A stretch of 64,000 nt of DNA from Yuukianura sp. NJ FZ-2021. Taxonomy: Eukaryota. The stretch covers positions 11,346,001 to 11,410,000 of the forward strand of contig CM102285.1 of assembly GCA_046563655.1 (NCBI GenBank). Direction: 5' to 3'. The position numbers and the translations under genes are program-made. Below the pieces are notes generated by a model. That model saw only the letters and a list, made by a program, of their open reading frames with translations, searched no databases and was not told where the DNA came from. Shown one piece after another: positions 13,801 through 28,179 of the stretch (its first letter is position 1; each line of letters opens with the position of its first letter).

Positions 13801-16800
13801 AGGTATCTGTTTTTCAAATGATTATGATTTCCCATCGACCCGCTAAACCATGCTAACTTTTAGCATATGGAACATTTAGCGGCCAACACTTGTCTTGGCT
13901 CAAGTGCTTAGAAATGTCTTATATTAACGTGTTAGTAAACAGACGCAGGGGGAAATCAACGCTAACCCGTCAATTATAGCTAATGCATCTCTCGAATTCT
14001 AACCTCCAACCCAGGAATTTCTTGATAGTCGTGTAAGAATTCGGTTAGAAATGAGCCGGAGATTTTAAAACAAGCTGTTTCCAGAAGTGCAGTGTATTCT
14101 TGATGCTTAGCCAACTGAAGTGTAAGAAAATACAAGTCAGGAACTAAACGTTGTCAGGGTTGATTCAGTTTTTGAATGCCAAGTTTCTCCTCGTGCGTCC
14201 TTAGGTGTGGTCACAACTTGTATCATCTTAAATTGGAAATGTGACTCAAGCGGAAAGTCATCATTTATAATGCATGACTTGTCTCATCCCATTAGTATTC
14301 TCCCTCATTCAAACTTTATGTTTTCTACCACATTTGACTGTTCTTATTATTTTAAAGTTGTAACCTAATATGAGTATTTCCTTTATAAACAGAAGATTCA
14401 ATTTATGAGTTGCTTTCTCCTATCCCTCCTCCGGATCTGTACATTTGGAAACTGAGGAGCGTAATTGAACCCACCAAAAAATGTCCCTGAAAGGAAGATC
14501 TGTTTCCTTAGAAAAGATCTTTTCCTAATGATCTTGGCCAGGCCCAGGTTTTGTGTGGGGAATCAACATGCGACCACAAGGAGAAAGCGATTCTGGGCAG
14601 AAAGTGAAAAGTCCTCCGGTCTTTTGATCCGACAGAGTGTGAGTATGGTCGGAACTTGACAAAAGAATATTAAATGACAACTTGACATCGTCTCGGGCTT
14701 GAGTTCGACTTCAAAATCATTTCAACATCATCTGAAAGGCAAAAGCTTTTCAAACGCCCTGGAAATCGCGTCATCTCAAACCACAAAAAGTCTGAATGTA
14801 ATAAAAGGTGACAGTTAATATCAAAATTGATTCGCAGAGAAAGCGCTTTCTCTGATCGCATGCAGCCTTTAAGCAAAAAAAAAACTTGAAAATTAAAGTG
14901 CTGCCTTTGTTGAATTCTTGCTTCTGGGTTTTCGTTAAAAGTTGAAAGTTGGTGTTTTCGAGGGGATATGATCTTTTGAAAACAGTTTCTGATTTAGAAC
15001 TGTTTGTGCGAATTCAAATTGTGACCTCAGTTTCAGGGAATAATAATTTCTGTTTACTTAAAGTCGGCCGGTGTTATTTACTCTAAAGATTCGGGATGAC
15101 GCTTCTTTCGGGGACTTTGATTAATTAGAACTTTGTTTGTAAACTACTTTTGTAAATGAAAGCCGAAAAGCTATCCAGGTTCACTTTAAATACACTTTAG
15201 TTTCTCTCTGATACGCTTTCCCTGTCATCATCGTCGTAAGGCCCACTTGTAAGCAACTTGAAAGCAAATTGTAGAAGATTGACAGAAAGGCGACATGTCT
15301 AGTCAAAAACTAGTTTCTAGGAAGAAGGTGTTGGAGTTGATTGATTAGAGAGAAAGTATATTTTATGCTATGAATCAACGCTAGAAGCTACGAAAAATTA
15401 GAATGAAAGAGTGGTTGGTACATAGGAGAGTAGAACGTTTGTTGCTTTGTTTAGAATATCCTTCAGCTCTTTTCCTAGATCAAAGCTTTTACATGATTCA
15501 TGTTTCTTATGTTTCAAACGTGTGACAGCTGCTCAGTCACTCAGTCAGCGCTGCTGGGGAGCGTTTGAAGCGCTGACGAGGTATGTAGAGTCTTCGGAGT
15601 GATGAAGACAGCTTTTCTTTCTCGGAAGAGAATGAAGCAGTATTTTTTTAGGGAGAGAATGAGTGATGGGCCAATCGTCAAGAGAATAGTTGACAAAAGA
15701 GAATACATCGTTAGCGCCCGTACTCTGCGACAACAGCAATAAGATGGATTTGTGAGATAGGAAAGGAACTTTTGGAATTTTGAAAATCCGAGTTTTCTCT
15801 ATTTTTCCTTCTAACTAAATAAGATAAATTATTGGTGGAGATTCCCCGCATTGTGGTCCAAGAACCATCTCCTTCTATAAAAGAACAATTGTTTTGAAGC
15901 ATTTTAGTTGAATCTCCAAACTATTAGTTAGCACTAGGGACGCCAACGTTTCGCAGGGCGTGGGTGAAAAAGATTAATGGAAAGCCGCTCTTTCTCAGGT
16001 TCATTAAATAGAGAAAAGGAATTAAAACTTTTGTTCCTATAAAAAGATTTTCCTTTCTAAAAAAACTTTCATTTCCACGAGCCTTTGACTCAAACTCATT
16101 TTCATTTGTTTACAATCATTCTTCCGTTTCCTTTGAAAGAAAAAAGACTTTTCGGAAAGGAAATTTTGTCATTTTCACAACGGAATTTTAATTCGGTTCT
16201 CTTCTGATCGTCATAAAATAATGGTCTGGCAAAAGCAACTTTTTACTCTTTTACTCATTTTTCTTAAAATTAATGTGACTCATATTAACTTTCTCAATGA
16301 AAATTTGGAGATTTCAACGAAAAGTTGATCTGATGCCAAAAGCCTGTATTGTAGCCAAACGCCCTTGAAAACTTTCGTTTGAATTTTCAATGACAAATAT
16401 ATGACGAATAGAAAAAATTTCAGTGTAGTATTTTTGACTAAGAGACATCGCAATTTACAACTATATAGTCTTGGTTTAAATTCGTGAGATTGCTCTTCTC
16501 GTCTTGTAAAATTTAAAATGGCTAATTACTAAAATACACGAATTTTGAAATAACGGGAGATTAGGAAATTATTTATTAATTAATTTTGGAATTATGCAAC
16601 ACAATTTAAGCAGCTTATTTCGATATAAAGTAGGCTTTTGCATAATTATACATGTTAAGAACCCCAGAAGGTTGTGCGATCATTGGAGTAACTTTTGTCA
16701 GAATTCTGTAGATTTCTGAATCAAATCTCCCGTTAATTGCCCACCGTTACTGGCTAGGCTTTACTAAAATGGCGTTTGGTTTCAAATAAAAACCAAAATC

Positions 16801-19800
16801 ATAATCTAAAATCATATGGGAAATAGGACCTGATTGGTAAAATCTAGACTTCTAGAATTCCACAGAATTTCAATATAGCAACAGAGTAATCCTGCTGAAC
16901 CGTAAATCCCTTTTCATTTGTTCTCATTCAAATCCACGCTGGAATTGGAAATTGGACACTCTCTCAGTTGAATAGTCTTTCTAGAAAGTAACTTTCACTT
17001 TCACAGATTTCTCGTTCCAATCCCACTAACGTGTCACCAGGTCTTTTCATTTGTTCCGGTTAGATTTGTTCGTAAAGTTCCATTTGTCCATGCTTCCGTA
17101 AGGCAAACTTTACAGCACAATTTTCACTCAAAGTGGAAAGTGTTTCTTCGGTTCTTTTAAGGTTTTACTCAATTTAGAAAAAAGAGATGAAAAGGAAGTC
17201 CGGCAACCTGTTCATCCTGAGAGTTTATTAAACATCAAAGGAGAAAGTTTCTTTAATAACAAAGTTTTTTTGGTTACTTCCATGTCATACTTTTGGGATA
17301 AGTTTGAAATTACTTCAGATTTGGAAAATGCTGTGGGCCTTTTTCCTTTGTACTGCCTCCTGTTTAGCAGATTTTTTTATTCAACCAAAATGAAAAGATT
17401 TTTGTCTCGAAAACGAAGGAATTCACCCTGAATAAGTTGTTTATGAATAGTTTTTCAAAGTCCATTTTAGGAACTGCGTCTTGCGTCAACGCAAAAAAGG
17501 CTTCTGCTTCTGCTCTCAAAACCAAAGACTTTATAAATCCAATTTATTTTCGAAATTGCGGTACACGAAAAATCTTTTAGTCGCAACCCCATCATTTCCC
17601 GTCAATTTCAATCTCTTTTGGACTATTTTGAACGGAAATTGTTGCGGACGGAAACGCAAAGGAACCTCCGCTTCCTCCTTTTATCAATAACTTAACTTAT
17701 TTTTTTTTCATATTTTCACATCCATTCACGGAATCAGGGTTAGTGGGATTATAATAACCAACCCCGTACGGTATAAAGTTATTTCACCCCATACTTTCAC
17801 CATAAACTCGTTGGAATTTGACGAAAAATGATTCGGCATTCTGATGACGAAAAATTGTATTTGACAAGTTGATTGAAGTTTCCCTTTTGAAGATGTTGTC
17901 AGTTTTTATGCTTCGTTGAGATAATGGATTGAACAAAATTATTCATAGCTGTCGCTCATTCGGACTCAAAGCACTTGTTGCTTCTTCTCTTTTTAAGAAA
18001 TGATCTGAAGAGTAAACATTTTTGAACATGAATTTCATTTCAACCGCAAATGGCGGAGAAAGTAAATAATACATAAATTCGTGACAGCAATATAAACTTG
18101 TGTAGTATTAAACGTCACGCTTCTAACCTATCACGGCTTGCTATTACGCCATGTTTTGCAACAGTTTGTGATACTTTAATAAATGTCACACCACTTATAC
18201 TATAAACGAAACCAGAAATAGACTTTTAAGGCGTTTTGTTTGAAAATCATTTCCGATGGAAAATCTGTAACTTGAATAGCTTGAGTAACTTACCTGATCT
18301 ATATAGTACTTTTGAATGCCGTTGTTTGATTCACAGATATCGCAACAATTTTAGCACTTAACTAAACCTGACTTTGTTTTGTGTCCGACTACGCACTTAT
18401 TTTAATTAAGTTTTCGTAATTTGGGATTTGGATACTGAATTTGCGAATTGCATTGGGAATTTGCTAGCAGAGGTTTTCAACTGCGGCACCTAATTAAATC
18501 CTTTATGTTTCAGATTGTCAAGATGCTGGTGATGGTGGTGGTGCTGTTTGCGGTTCTCTGGCTCCCTTACCGCGGAATGGTGGTGTACAACTCGTTTGCT
18601 GCGATGTTCGGGATGGAGCCTTTCATGGATTTGTGGTTCCTGATGGTCGCAAAGACTTGCGTTTACATCAATAGGTAACGAAAAGTGATTCTTTTTACAT
18701 TATCATAATGTTTAGCTTGCAAAAATTTGGGGAAAAAAATCTTTGACAATAACTTATTATGTATGCTCCTCGCATGTTACTGGTGAAATCCACTTTCGCC
18801 AGCGAAAGTGAACAACAGCTTAACAAGATTTTGGCCAGAATAGTGTACACTTTTTTTTATCGTTGGGAACAAAACCCGTATAAATTAGGGTTTTCCATTC
18901 CCGAAATAGGTTTCTGTAAAGAAACGCTTACTCTTTCTTGATGCGAAGATTTTGCCGTCTTGAATCAATAAGTGATCGCAGATGGAAAGCGGGTTTCGCA
19001 GCGGTTTCCCCATTTTCCATTCACCCATAAGATTTATGCGGAATATATTTTGTAGGCATTTAACTTTTCAGAGCAGCTCCACAATTTAATAGAACTTGTT
19101 AGCGTAGGTTTTTATTGGAAAAGGAGAAAGCAGAGAAAGTTCTCCGTTAGATATCGGAGAGTCTCTAGGGTCAAATTTACAATCCATTTGGACTCCACGG
19201 CTAGAGGTGGTAGCAATATAATTATTGGGCTTAATATAAACTAAAGGTCACATTGAAAGTGGAAGTGGACCATTGATTGTAATCATAAAAAAGTATGGGG
19301 CTTATAGTACTTTCGCTTTAGAAGTGCCTGGTGCAAATGGAAAGCAGTAAATCCAAGTTGACGAAATGTCAAAACAAGACTCAAAACTTATTATTTTTGT
19401 TTGTTTGTTTTTTGCCTCAAAGGCATTTTTAAGACAAATGTTTTTAGAGTTTTCTAGAATTGAATTTCTTTTCCTCAGTTCTAAGTTCAGACTTAAGATT
19501 CTAAGTTACTTTAGTATTAGAGCCGTTAACGGTTAGAAAATTTTCTGGAAAATTGTGGTTCCAAGTTTACCCTGCAGCTATTATGTTTTGCGTAAAGCTG
19601 ATTACTAGTCGTTGAATGCAATGAAGCATGAAATAAGGAGAAAGTCTTATGTTTATTTAGTGAAAGGCAGAATTCACACAACCTCCAGAACCAATTTCAT
19701 CATCTCTTTCAAAACTTGTAGTAAGTATATTTTCAAAAACTTTGGCCTTGAATGCTTGGATGCTTTCTATTGTGATTGATCCTTGACGGGTTCTTAATTG

Positions 19801-22800
19801 AATCCACCCGTCAGAAATGATCTGACGCTCTTGAAGGACACCATGTGCCTAGTTGCAAAAGACAATTTTAAGCGGATTTTTTTTAAAAGGAAAAAACGAA
19901 CTTTTCTTATGTTTTAGATATCAAGTTAGTAATGAGGTATGTTGTTAAAATCGAAAAGGAAACTGAGCCATAGGATTAGTACCGTTTTCTAGGTAGACTT
20001 TTAGAAAGACTAGAAAAAATATTTGTAAGGTTTTGCAAACAAAAATTAAAACAATACTAACATAAGGAACGCAGAGCTTTTTAAAAGGAAATGTTTGATT
20101 CATGTTTCGAAAAAAAAATAAGTTTGCGATGAACTTTTAAGCCACACACAATGGGTCATGGCTCATGGGTGTACCAATAGAGTGGCAATAATTTTTTGTT
20201 CTAAAAATTTTAGCAGGGAATTTGAGAAATTTTAAGGTTTCTGGAAATTCTTTGAAACTTTTCTCTCTCAAATTTTAATTCTCTGTAATGAAAGTGAACC
20301 TGTACGAAGAGCAAATTCTACCCTGTGATTTTCACAAGCTCTCTTTAATTTAAAAAGTTTTCCATACTTTTAACGCTCAAAATTCTTGGAAAATCCGGAT
20401 CGTGTTTTTGAACTTAAAATAACCAAGCTAAGCTAACTAAACAAAAAGACACTACCGCGCTTAGTCGTATTGGAAAAGCAGATGAAATTGTGTCGTTTTA
20501 AGTTCTGTCCAAACAAGTTGCCTTGTTTGTTTCTATGGTTTCTGCCAATTGAGAACTTATGTCAATCTTCTGATAATTTGATTAGGCGGTTAGAATAAAG
20601 TGGCTGGCAAACAATCTGACAGATCCCTAATTTCCTTCTGGACACAATGAATAGGATCTTCTCAATTTCCTCGTCTTTGTCTTCGTTTGTCCATTGTCTT
20701 AAAGTTCCATTAATTTTTGCCAACTCTCCACTTACCTTTCTACCGCTTTCACTCTCTGCTAGGCTCCAGTCTTTGCTAAAAGTGGAAAGGGCATGGGACC
20801 AAAACTTTTCTCCAACTTTTATTTCCGCCTCCAAGCTCCTTATTAATCATTCCCTAACATTCTCCAAGCTGAGAATAATGCGATTAATTTCATAATTTTC
20901 TCTACCCATGAAATCCCACAATGGAAAGTTTTAGCAGAAGTGAGCAGGAGAAAGGCAGTTGGACGAATCTGAAAGCATCTTTCATTTAAGTAATCCTCTT
21001 AACACTAAAACCAACCTCAAGGACTGTAACCCAAAATCATATGAAGAGAGAACATCTAAAACCTTGTTCTTGAAATGTTGCTTTTGTGACTTCTGGATCT
21101 TCCATTTTCCTTTTGTTTGAACTGGAAGAGAGAGAGAGAAAGTAACCTACCCGAAATTACTTCCTGACACTCCTAAAACTCTCTTCCAACTTCCTGTAAT
21201 TTCATGACTTTGTACAATTTTGTGAAAAGAAGAAACATAAAGCTAGAGTGATCCACAACACTAAAACTTAAAAAAAATAAAAGCCTTTTGTACTTTTGCT
21301 GGGATGTGAAAAATTACAATTTGTTGTTTTTATAGTATAAGACATATAGGCTATCAGCTGGATAACAGCAGTCTCACATTGCCTTTCTGAACAACTCCAT
21401 CAGAGAGGACAGAATTGAACTTTTTCGAAAATTTTAAAGGAAAGCAGCTTAGCTTGTTTGTAGGGAAAATTTTGTTTTTCTTTCTACAGTGAGAGCACAA
21501 AAAAACTCTGTGCTAAACTAGGCCAAACTTTAATTAAGGAGGATTAAAAGAACAGAACTATTAAAAACAAAACTTTGCATAAACTTTCCATTTGAGTCAT
21601 TACTGAACCGCTTTTGGTCCAGGAAAAAGAAAAACAGCTTTCATGATTTTTTTTTTAAATTAAACGTTTACTCACCCTTCTGTGCTTAATTACAAACTCC
21701 TTTTACCTTGATTAGTTTGACTCAACTCCACAAAATGTTATTTTTCCAGTATCGCTTAAAAAGAGTTGTGAAAGATAATTTGACTCGGAAAAAACAAAGT
21801 TTGGAAAGTTTGCAAGAATAAAAGGAGTTACTAGACATGTCCAGATTAGTTACACAGAAAACAGTTTACCACCTTCTTTGTTGACTCGAACACCGTAAGT
21901 TCCGTCACTGTCTTTCCCCACTTTCTCATTTTCAACCGAGATAACCTGACTGCTGAAAGACGGTGATTGACTGGGTGAGTGACACGTCACCTCTGTACCT
22001 AGAGACATAATCACTTAAGCGATTTTACTTTTTTCTCAAAAGGATTTTTTCATGTAGATTCATCATAAAAAATTCGCCTTACATAAGTATTTTATGGTTT
22101 TGGCTATGCTTGGAAAGAATGCCAAATCTCAAGGGACTTATCAAGCCCGAAAGAGATCACCAGCTAGTTTTCATCATTCAGGCGGTTTTTCGTCAATTTA
22201 ATGTATTAAAATTTCGAAATCATGACGCTCCACTTAAGTTTTGACACGAGTCAGCCCAGGAGAAGTACCGAAGCACACATGGGAACAATCTTAAGGTCGG
22301 AAGATTACCAGTGCAGCACGTTGGGAAATAGGAGAAAAAAATACGACAAGAAATCCCATTTAAACACATGTAAAACCTTGTCGCCTTTTTGGTTCCTTTT
22401 TCCCAATGTGTGCAGTACGGAGAGTGGTTTAGTATCCACTTTTTGTAATTAAGCAAGACACTGCATTTAACACCTCTGAGGATAAAGCTCGTTTAACTCG
22501 TTACAATAAATTCCCAAAACGGTTCAACTCTCATAACTTTACTAATGGAATGTTTTACAATGCGCAATTTTTGGCAGGCTGGATGTTATGTGTTGAAGAG
22601 GTTTATTTGATGCGCCAAACTAGTACAAAAAAACAGTAATGGTGTTTACGAGGTGTTGAATAGAATAACATCAAATCAAAAAAGTCATGAAAAATGTAAA
22701 ATGTGGACAACCAGCGATCCAACATGCCTACTCTTACAGCTTTATTCAAAAAAAGATTCGCAAGCTACTTCAAAATTTTGGAGTATCATTCAAAAGAAGA

Positions 22801-23531
22801 TTGATATGCGAAGTGGCGAAGAAGAAAGTTATTTTTTCATGATTGATGCAGCTTCAAAGGTTTCTTTATTGAAAGTTTTCAACCAAGAAAGCATTGAAAT
22901 CTTGCCTTAAATAACAATTTTTGACTCAAAGTAAACAAAACTTTTCTGGGAAAGTGGTTAGCGTGCTCCCTGCTGTGTATTGTTGGAACTGACAAGTTTT
23001 CTACTTGTTACATAAATTTCCAACTAACTTTTGCAATAACTTTTTCTTTTGATTTGTTTCAGTGCGATAAACCCGATCCTGTACAATGCCATGTCGATAA
23101 AGTTTCGCCGAGCGTTTGGAAGAATGCTGTCATGTGGTAAGCAGAAGAATGAATCCGCCTACTGGGGCTATGCCACCAGAGCCACCACGACCACCTACAC
23201 TTGTGCCAGTTCAGGACTTCCCTCTTCAAACACTTTGACCTACAATGCTAATGTAAAACGCGGTTCATCTCCTGGACGAGAGTCCACTGCTTCGTCCAGC
23301 AGTTCCAAACGACTTAAGTCCTGTCTCATCCAGCAACCCACCAATTCGGCACACTGCTCCGAACGACTTCAGCAAGCGATTCCGCTCCGGCGGAAACCTC
23401 ACCAAAACCCACAAACCTTCACTTCCATTGACATTGTCGTGGATTCCGCCGATGCCATCTTGCCTTGTCATCGCCTCGGAGAGGACGACGACACGGACCA
23501 GCTCGTCGGCCATCAAGTTACTCAACTATAA
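10875..23531 (+). CDS. TRHR: Rhodopsin-class GPCR, thyrotropin-releasing hormone receptor-like (probable arthropod EFLamide receptor); exons 10875-11291, 11953-12435, 18514-18674, 23063-23531
   Basis: Four exons join in frame at GT-AG sites. The translation contains [60 protein letters not shown] and NSAINPILYNAMSIKFRRAF. These closely resemble vertebrate TRHR motifs (recalled from memory, not from a search). Confidence 0.9.
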
Positions 23532-26500
23532 ACATTTCCTATATGCTGGTCCATCTGCATTTAAACCCATTGAATTGCTGACCCTACTATTTTCCTTCAA
23601 ATTCCAAACACTCCGTGTCCTGTCGAAAGGTATTTTTGTGTTTTTCTTTGTTTTACATTTTAAGTTGCTTGCATCTCACAACTTTGCTTATTATGCTTGA
23701 TACATTCTTTACGCCCTAGCAAGTCTTTTCTGTTGAAAGAAACCTCCGAACTACCGGAATCGTATTCCAGAATGAAAAATTTCCCTACCGGATGTCGAAT
23801 TCTTATTGCTTCCTTCCCTTTCCTTATTTTTATTCAAAATTTTTACTTTTGAGGCCATAGGATTTTACACTCCGTGGCTGAAAAGAGTGACAATTGTGTG
23901 GATTGAAGGCTCATACTCAGAATTCTCAGCATGATCTGTGGTGACTCCCATAATAGATCAAAGTCTGTATTGATTTTAACTTTATTACAGCCTGCGTGCA
24001 AAAATCTTGGAGAAAGTTTTCACAAGCCCTTGTACATGCTGGGTCTTAAAAAATACTGAGAAAAGAATTTAGATTAACTTTGTGTGTATGCGGCGGGTAT
24101 GTTTTTTCTTCTTTTTTTTGAAAAGTCAATTTTTGGACGTCACGAGAATGAATTTTCAAAACGCGTGGGAATGAGAGTTTAAGTGTCTATACCACTATTA
24201 AAATATACAAGACATTCATGTAAAATAGTGAATTGCCTCCAGCCCTTCTAAGTTTCCTTGCGTAGACGCTCTCGACAACCAAAAAATTGGAGAAAGCATG
24301 TATCATGCCTCGGCTCGAATCTACAGTCCCACAAACCGGCATTAACTTTTCCCTTAATATGGATTTAAGAATTTAAATCTTAAAATGCAAAATCTAAGAA
24401 AGGCTTGAGCAAAGAGAGTGGCTGCCTGGGAAAGCATTGCTAATGCCTACGTTGATACCACACCGAAAAAGCAAACTTCCTTTGAAAGATGATTTGAAAA
24501 ATAACATGCCTTTAAGCATTGGGAAATGGAAAGTTTGCTTTCTCCTTCACCCACTTTATTCATGAACTTTCTTGAAGTGGATTTGAACTTTCATCGTCCA
24601 CTCTACTGAATCATCACTCACTCGTGCTTAAAAGCGGCAGGACAAAAACTTAAGGTTTTTAGGGTGATGGTTTCTTCTTATGTTTGAAGTGATTCCATTT
24701 CTCAGATGAATGCGAATTTGAAACTTCTGAAGCACTTCAATTTTGAAAAAACTTATAATTCCCTTTAAAAAAATCAAATTTGAATTCCTTGCTTTTGCGT
24801 ATTCTCTGAGCAAACTTTTAAAGTTGATTCATTGTTCAATTAAACATTCATATGGAATTGTCCTAATTGAAAACGTCAGAAGAATAGATTAAAAAAATTA
24901 CGTTTGAATTGAATAGAGTTTGAAAGTAAAAGGCGAAGGTTGGGCTGGGACTTGAAATATGGACGGTTGGTTGTCCATGATGTCATGGAATCTATTAAAC
25001 AAAAAGTACCGTTTTCTTTTTCTATGAACTTTTCCCTTTGAAATAAGACAGGCAGATTTTAAAATAATATGGAAAATTGGATTTGAGTTGAAGTCTGAAG
25101 GAGAAAGCAAATGGAGAAAGTCTTTGTAGAGACAGATTCTCAATTATTTGGAGTTCTTCTGAAAAGAACAGAAGGAGTCGAACTTTTCTGCATTTTGAAA
25201 TCCTTTGAATAATATTCGAATCACTCATGATAAACTTAGAAAGCGTGAGACACGTGTGACAGCAGAGAGAAAGTTCATGGAAATGAAGCATTGGAGATAT
25301 TATTTCACACTTTTAAGGTCCCTGACTTATAATCTTGTTATGCTTTTTATTTTTCATTTTTTTCTCCTTTCTTCTGTTATAACGTTTAAGCCTAGATTCG
25401 AGATAACAACTACATATCACAGATAACCTTTTGAAATTGAGCAGAATTTTCGTGTCAAAAGGCTCCATTTTTTCAATTTCAAAAAATGACAAAATCACTC
25501 TTGCTTTTAGGATTGATGATAGTGGATCTTTTGTAGAATACTGACAGAAACCGTGAGGAAACAAATATCCTATCAACAATTTCCTCGATTCCAAAAGATC
25601 TGTTTGATTTTTGATACAAAACTTTGTCTTTAACTCTGTTGGTCACACTATTCAGTCGCCGAGCAACGTGACATTTGAGTCTTATTTCGTCCAACCGAAC
25701 AAAGAACTAACGATTTCCTGAAACTGATTGAGTACTCTGAGCACGTCTTTCATTCGCATGACCCATTGATTCTTTGTGGTTAAGCCCAAGGTCTCTGTAC
25801 ATCACAAAACCTTAGAATAATGGGCCATCATAAGGAATTCCTTGAGAGATGAAAGAGAAAGTTGCTTCGGAAAGAAAGTGAAGAAGCAAAGTGGTTTGGT
25901 TAGAAAAGTCTTTTCTAAACGAGGACAAATGAGGATCGTTGGATTCGAGATGAAGGAGAAATGCTTGTAGGCTAGCAGGTACCCGAGGTCACGGGGTAGA
26001 GCTCAATATCGTTTCCCTAAAAAAAAAGAAAAGATTAAGTCCACTCACTGTGGTTTTTTTCGTGCTTTCTCCAGAGGAAAGGCCTCGAAGGTTTACAGTG
26101 AAATCTGTTCGCGATGATATGATGTGAAATATCTCCCAGATAATTGAATTCTTTACAATGAACTGTCTATCTATGTCTATGCAATTTTCCTTCATTTTTC
26201 ATGATGTGAGTATCATCTGGGACCTCGTTCTCTCATTTCATCTTCTTCCTAGAAATAACTGAAGAAAGATGAAAATGGGGAAACTCAGATAGTGTAGAAC
26301 GTGCAAAGGAAATTCGCGGCCAAAAACCGACAGCATAGCACTAGAAAATGAAAGATATGACAATACCTGTGGTGGTCCCCTTCGACCCAGCTTTCACTAA
26401 CTTTCTTCATTATTTCATGATTTGTCTTTTTCCTAGTAAGTTATTCTCACAAGAAGATCACACAACAAGTTGAAAGCCTTTGTGTTTGCATCGCCTACAC

Positions 26501-28179
26501 CTTTTGAAAGAATGAACAAAGTGAGCAGCCAAATACGCAAAGGTTTGAAAACTTTCTCCATGATCTACTTGTCAGTAACATGCATCATCCCTTGTTTGGC
26601 AATTTTATCCTGTGATCATGATCCTTACACACACAAAAACACGCGCTGGAAGCCTTCAACTGGCACATTTCGGTGTTTGGTGTGAAAAGTGAAAGCAAAT
26701 AATACGCTTTTTAACCTCTGTGGCTCATGTAAACTCAATCTTCTTTCTCGTATGTGTTTAACTAACTTTTGTTTTATGGCTAAATTGCAGGTGAAAGTCA
26801 AATTCCATTTCCGCGGAGAGCCGACTACGTCTAAACCAAACGTTAATTTATTGATGTTTAGCAAAAGTAGACCAACAATTTTAATTGCTGAATGTTAGGA
26901 TTCAGACAGACTTTAATGTGGATTGTAATAATTCAATTTACCTTTAACCTTAATTTAGAGGCAACGGTTTAGGTTTAACTTAAAAGAGGTTAATTTTCTG
27001 AATTGTACAATGTAAACGCATCTCAACTGCTTAAAACGGGAGTGTTTTTAAGTTAAGTAGTTGGAGAAAGTTCCAGCAATGGAAACGAAGAAAAAACCAA
27101 AAATTCTGTATATAAATCTTAGCTCGTGTGTATTTCAAGTAGGACAAATCGCGTTGTATTTAATTTAATTAATAGAAGAAGTTGTTATTTCAAATTAGCC
27201 AACTAAGTTAACTGCTGTTATCATTTCGGAGGAGTCGTTGATGGATTTTATGTCTTTACGAACTAATGTTCACTTTTATTTGCTGTTTTCCATTGAATTG
27301 CTTGAAGTTTTTGGTTTCGGAATATTTTAAGTAGTTGTATTTTGATGTGAATAGGACTTTCTCCATTGAAATTTATGTACATATTAACTCGCTCCTCTTA
27401 TTAATGTTATTTTTCTATAGTCGAAATGGTAAAAGCCATACAACTAGTGTGTACCACCTTATTTTCAAAAGTGTCGTTTTTAAAAATTATGCATCATGCA
27501 TGAGCGCTTGTAATTATTATTTTCGATTCAAGTCACTAATAATAATAAAATGATCACCTTGTCACGCTGTGGTTTTAATAAAATTTATAAAAGGATATGA
27601 AAAACTAGGCAAACGTTTATGTTTTTAGTTGTTTTTAATTTTCGTGGGCAACCACGAATACTATTTTATTTGTTTATTCGCTTGCTATTTCCTTACGCCG
27701 CATTAACATTTTTATATTTTCTTGCTGTGAAGTCTTGCTTAAAACCAAGCAGGAAAATAATTATTAATTTTCACGTGGAGTTTGCTTTAGAAATGAAACA
27801 TTCTCCTCCATTTTATGTAAAATTTTTAAAGAAAAGGAGAATTTGAGTTTTTTAACGTCATGTGTTGAAGCAAGGATCAAAATTCAAAAACGTCTTCATT
27901 TAAAAAAGTTTTTCTTCTCGCCCGTATTTTGCTTTCAGACAAAAATTTAAAATTTGTAGCCTTGATTTCTGATTCAAAATATCAAGAAAGGAATTAGTTA
28001 ATTTTCATGTGGCGTCTGGTTGTAGCAATGATACAAATAACATTTTAAAGTTTCAAAATTTTGAAAGAAATAAATTCACTTTTGAAAAGAATAACACTAG
28101 TTTCTTCATAGTTCATTGTTCACTTCACGTTGCAAAACAATATTTCGCGTTATTTGGTGCAAAAATTCAAAGTTTGAAA

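Noticed and set aside
19784..19813. Short inverted repeat tgacgggt...acccgtca, and similar short hairpins or direct repeats at ~7567-7621 and ~63267-63286
   Set aside because: Stems or repeats of 8-14 bp are expected by chance in 64 kb and have no supporting context.
12436..23062. Mutually exclusive alternative TM6-TM7 exons, as in ETH receptors
   Set aside because: No second TM6/TM7-like exon was found in either large intron by eye or in the ORF track.
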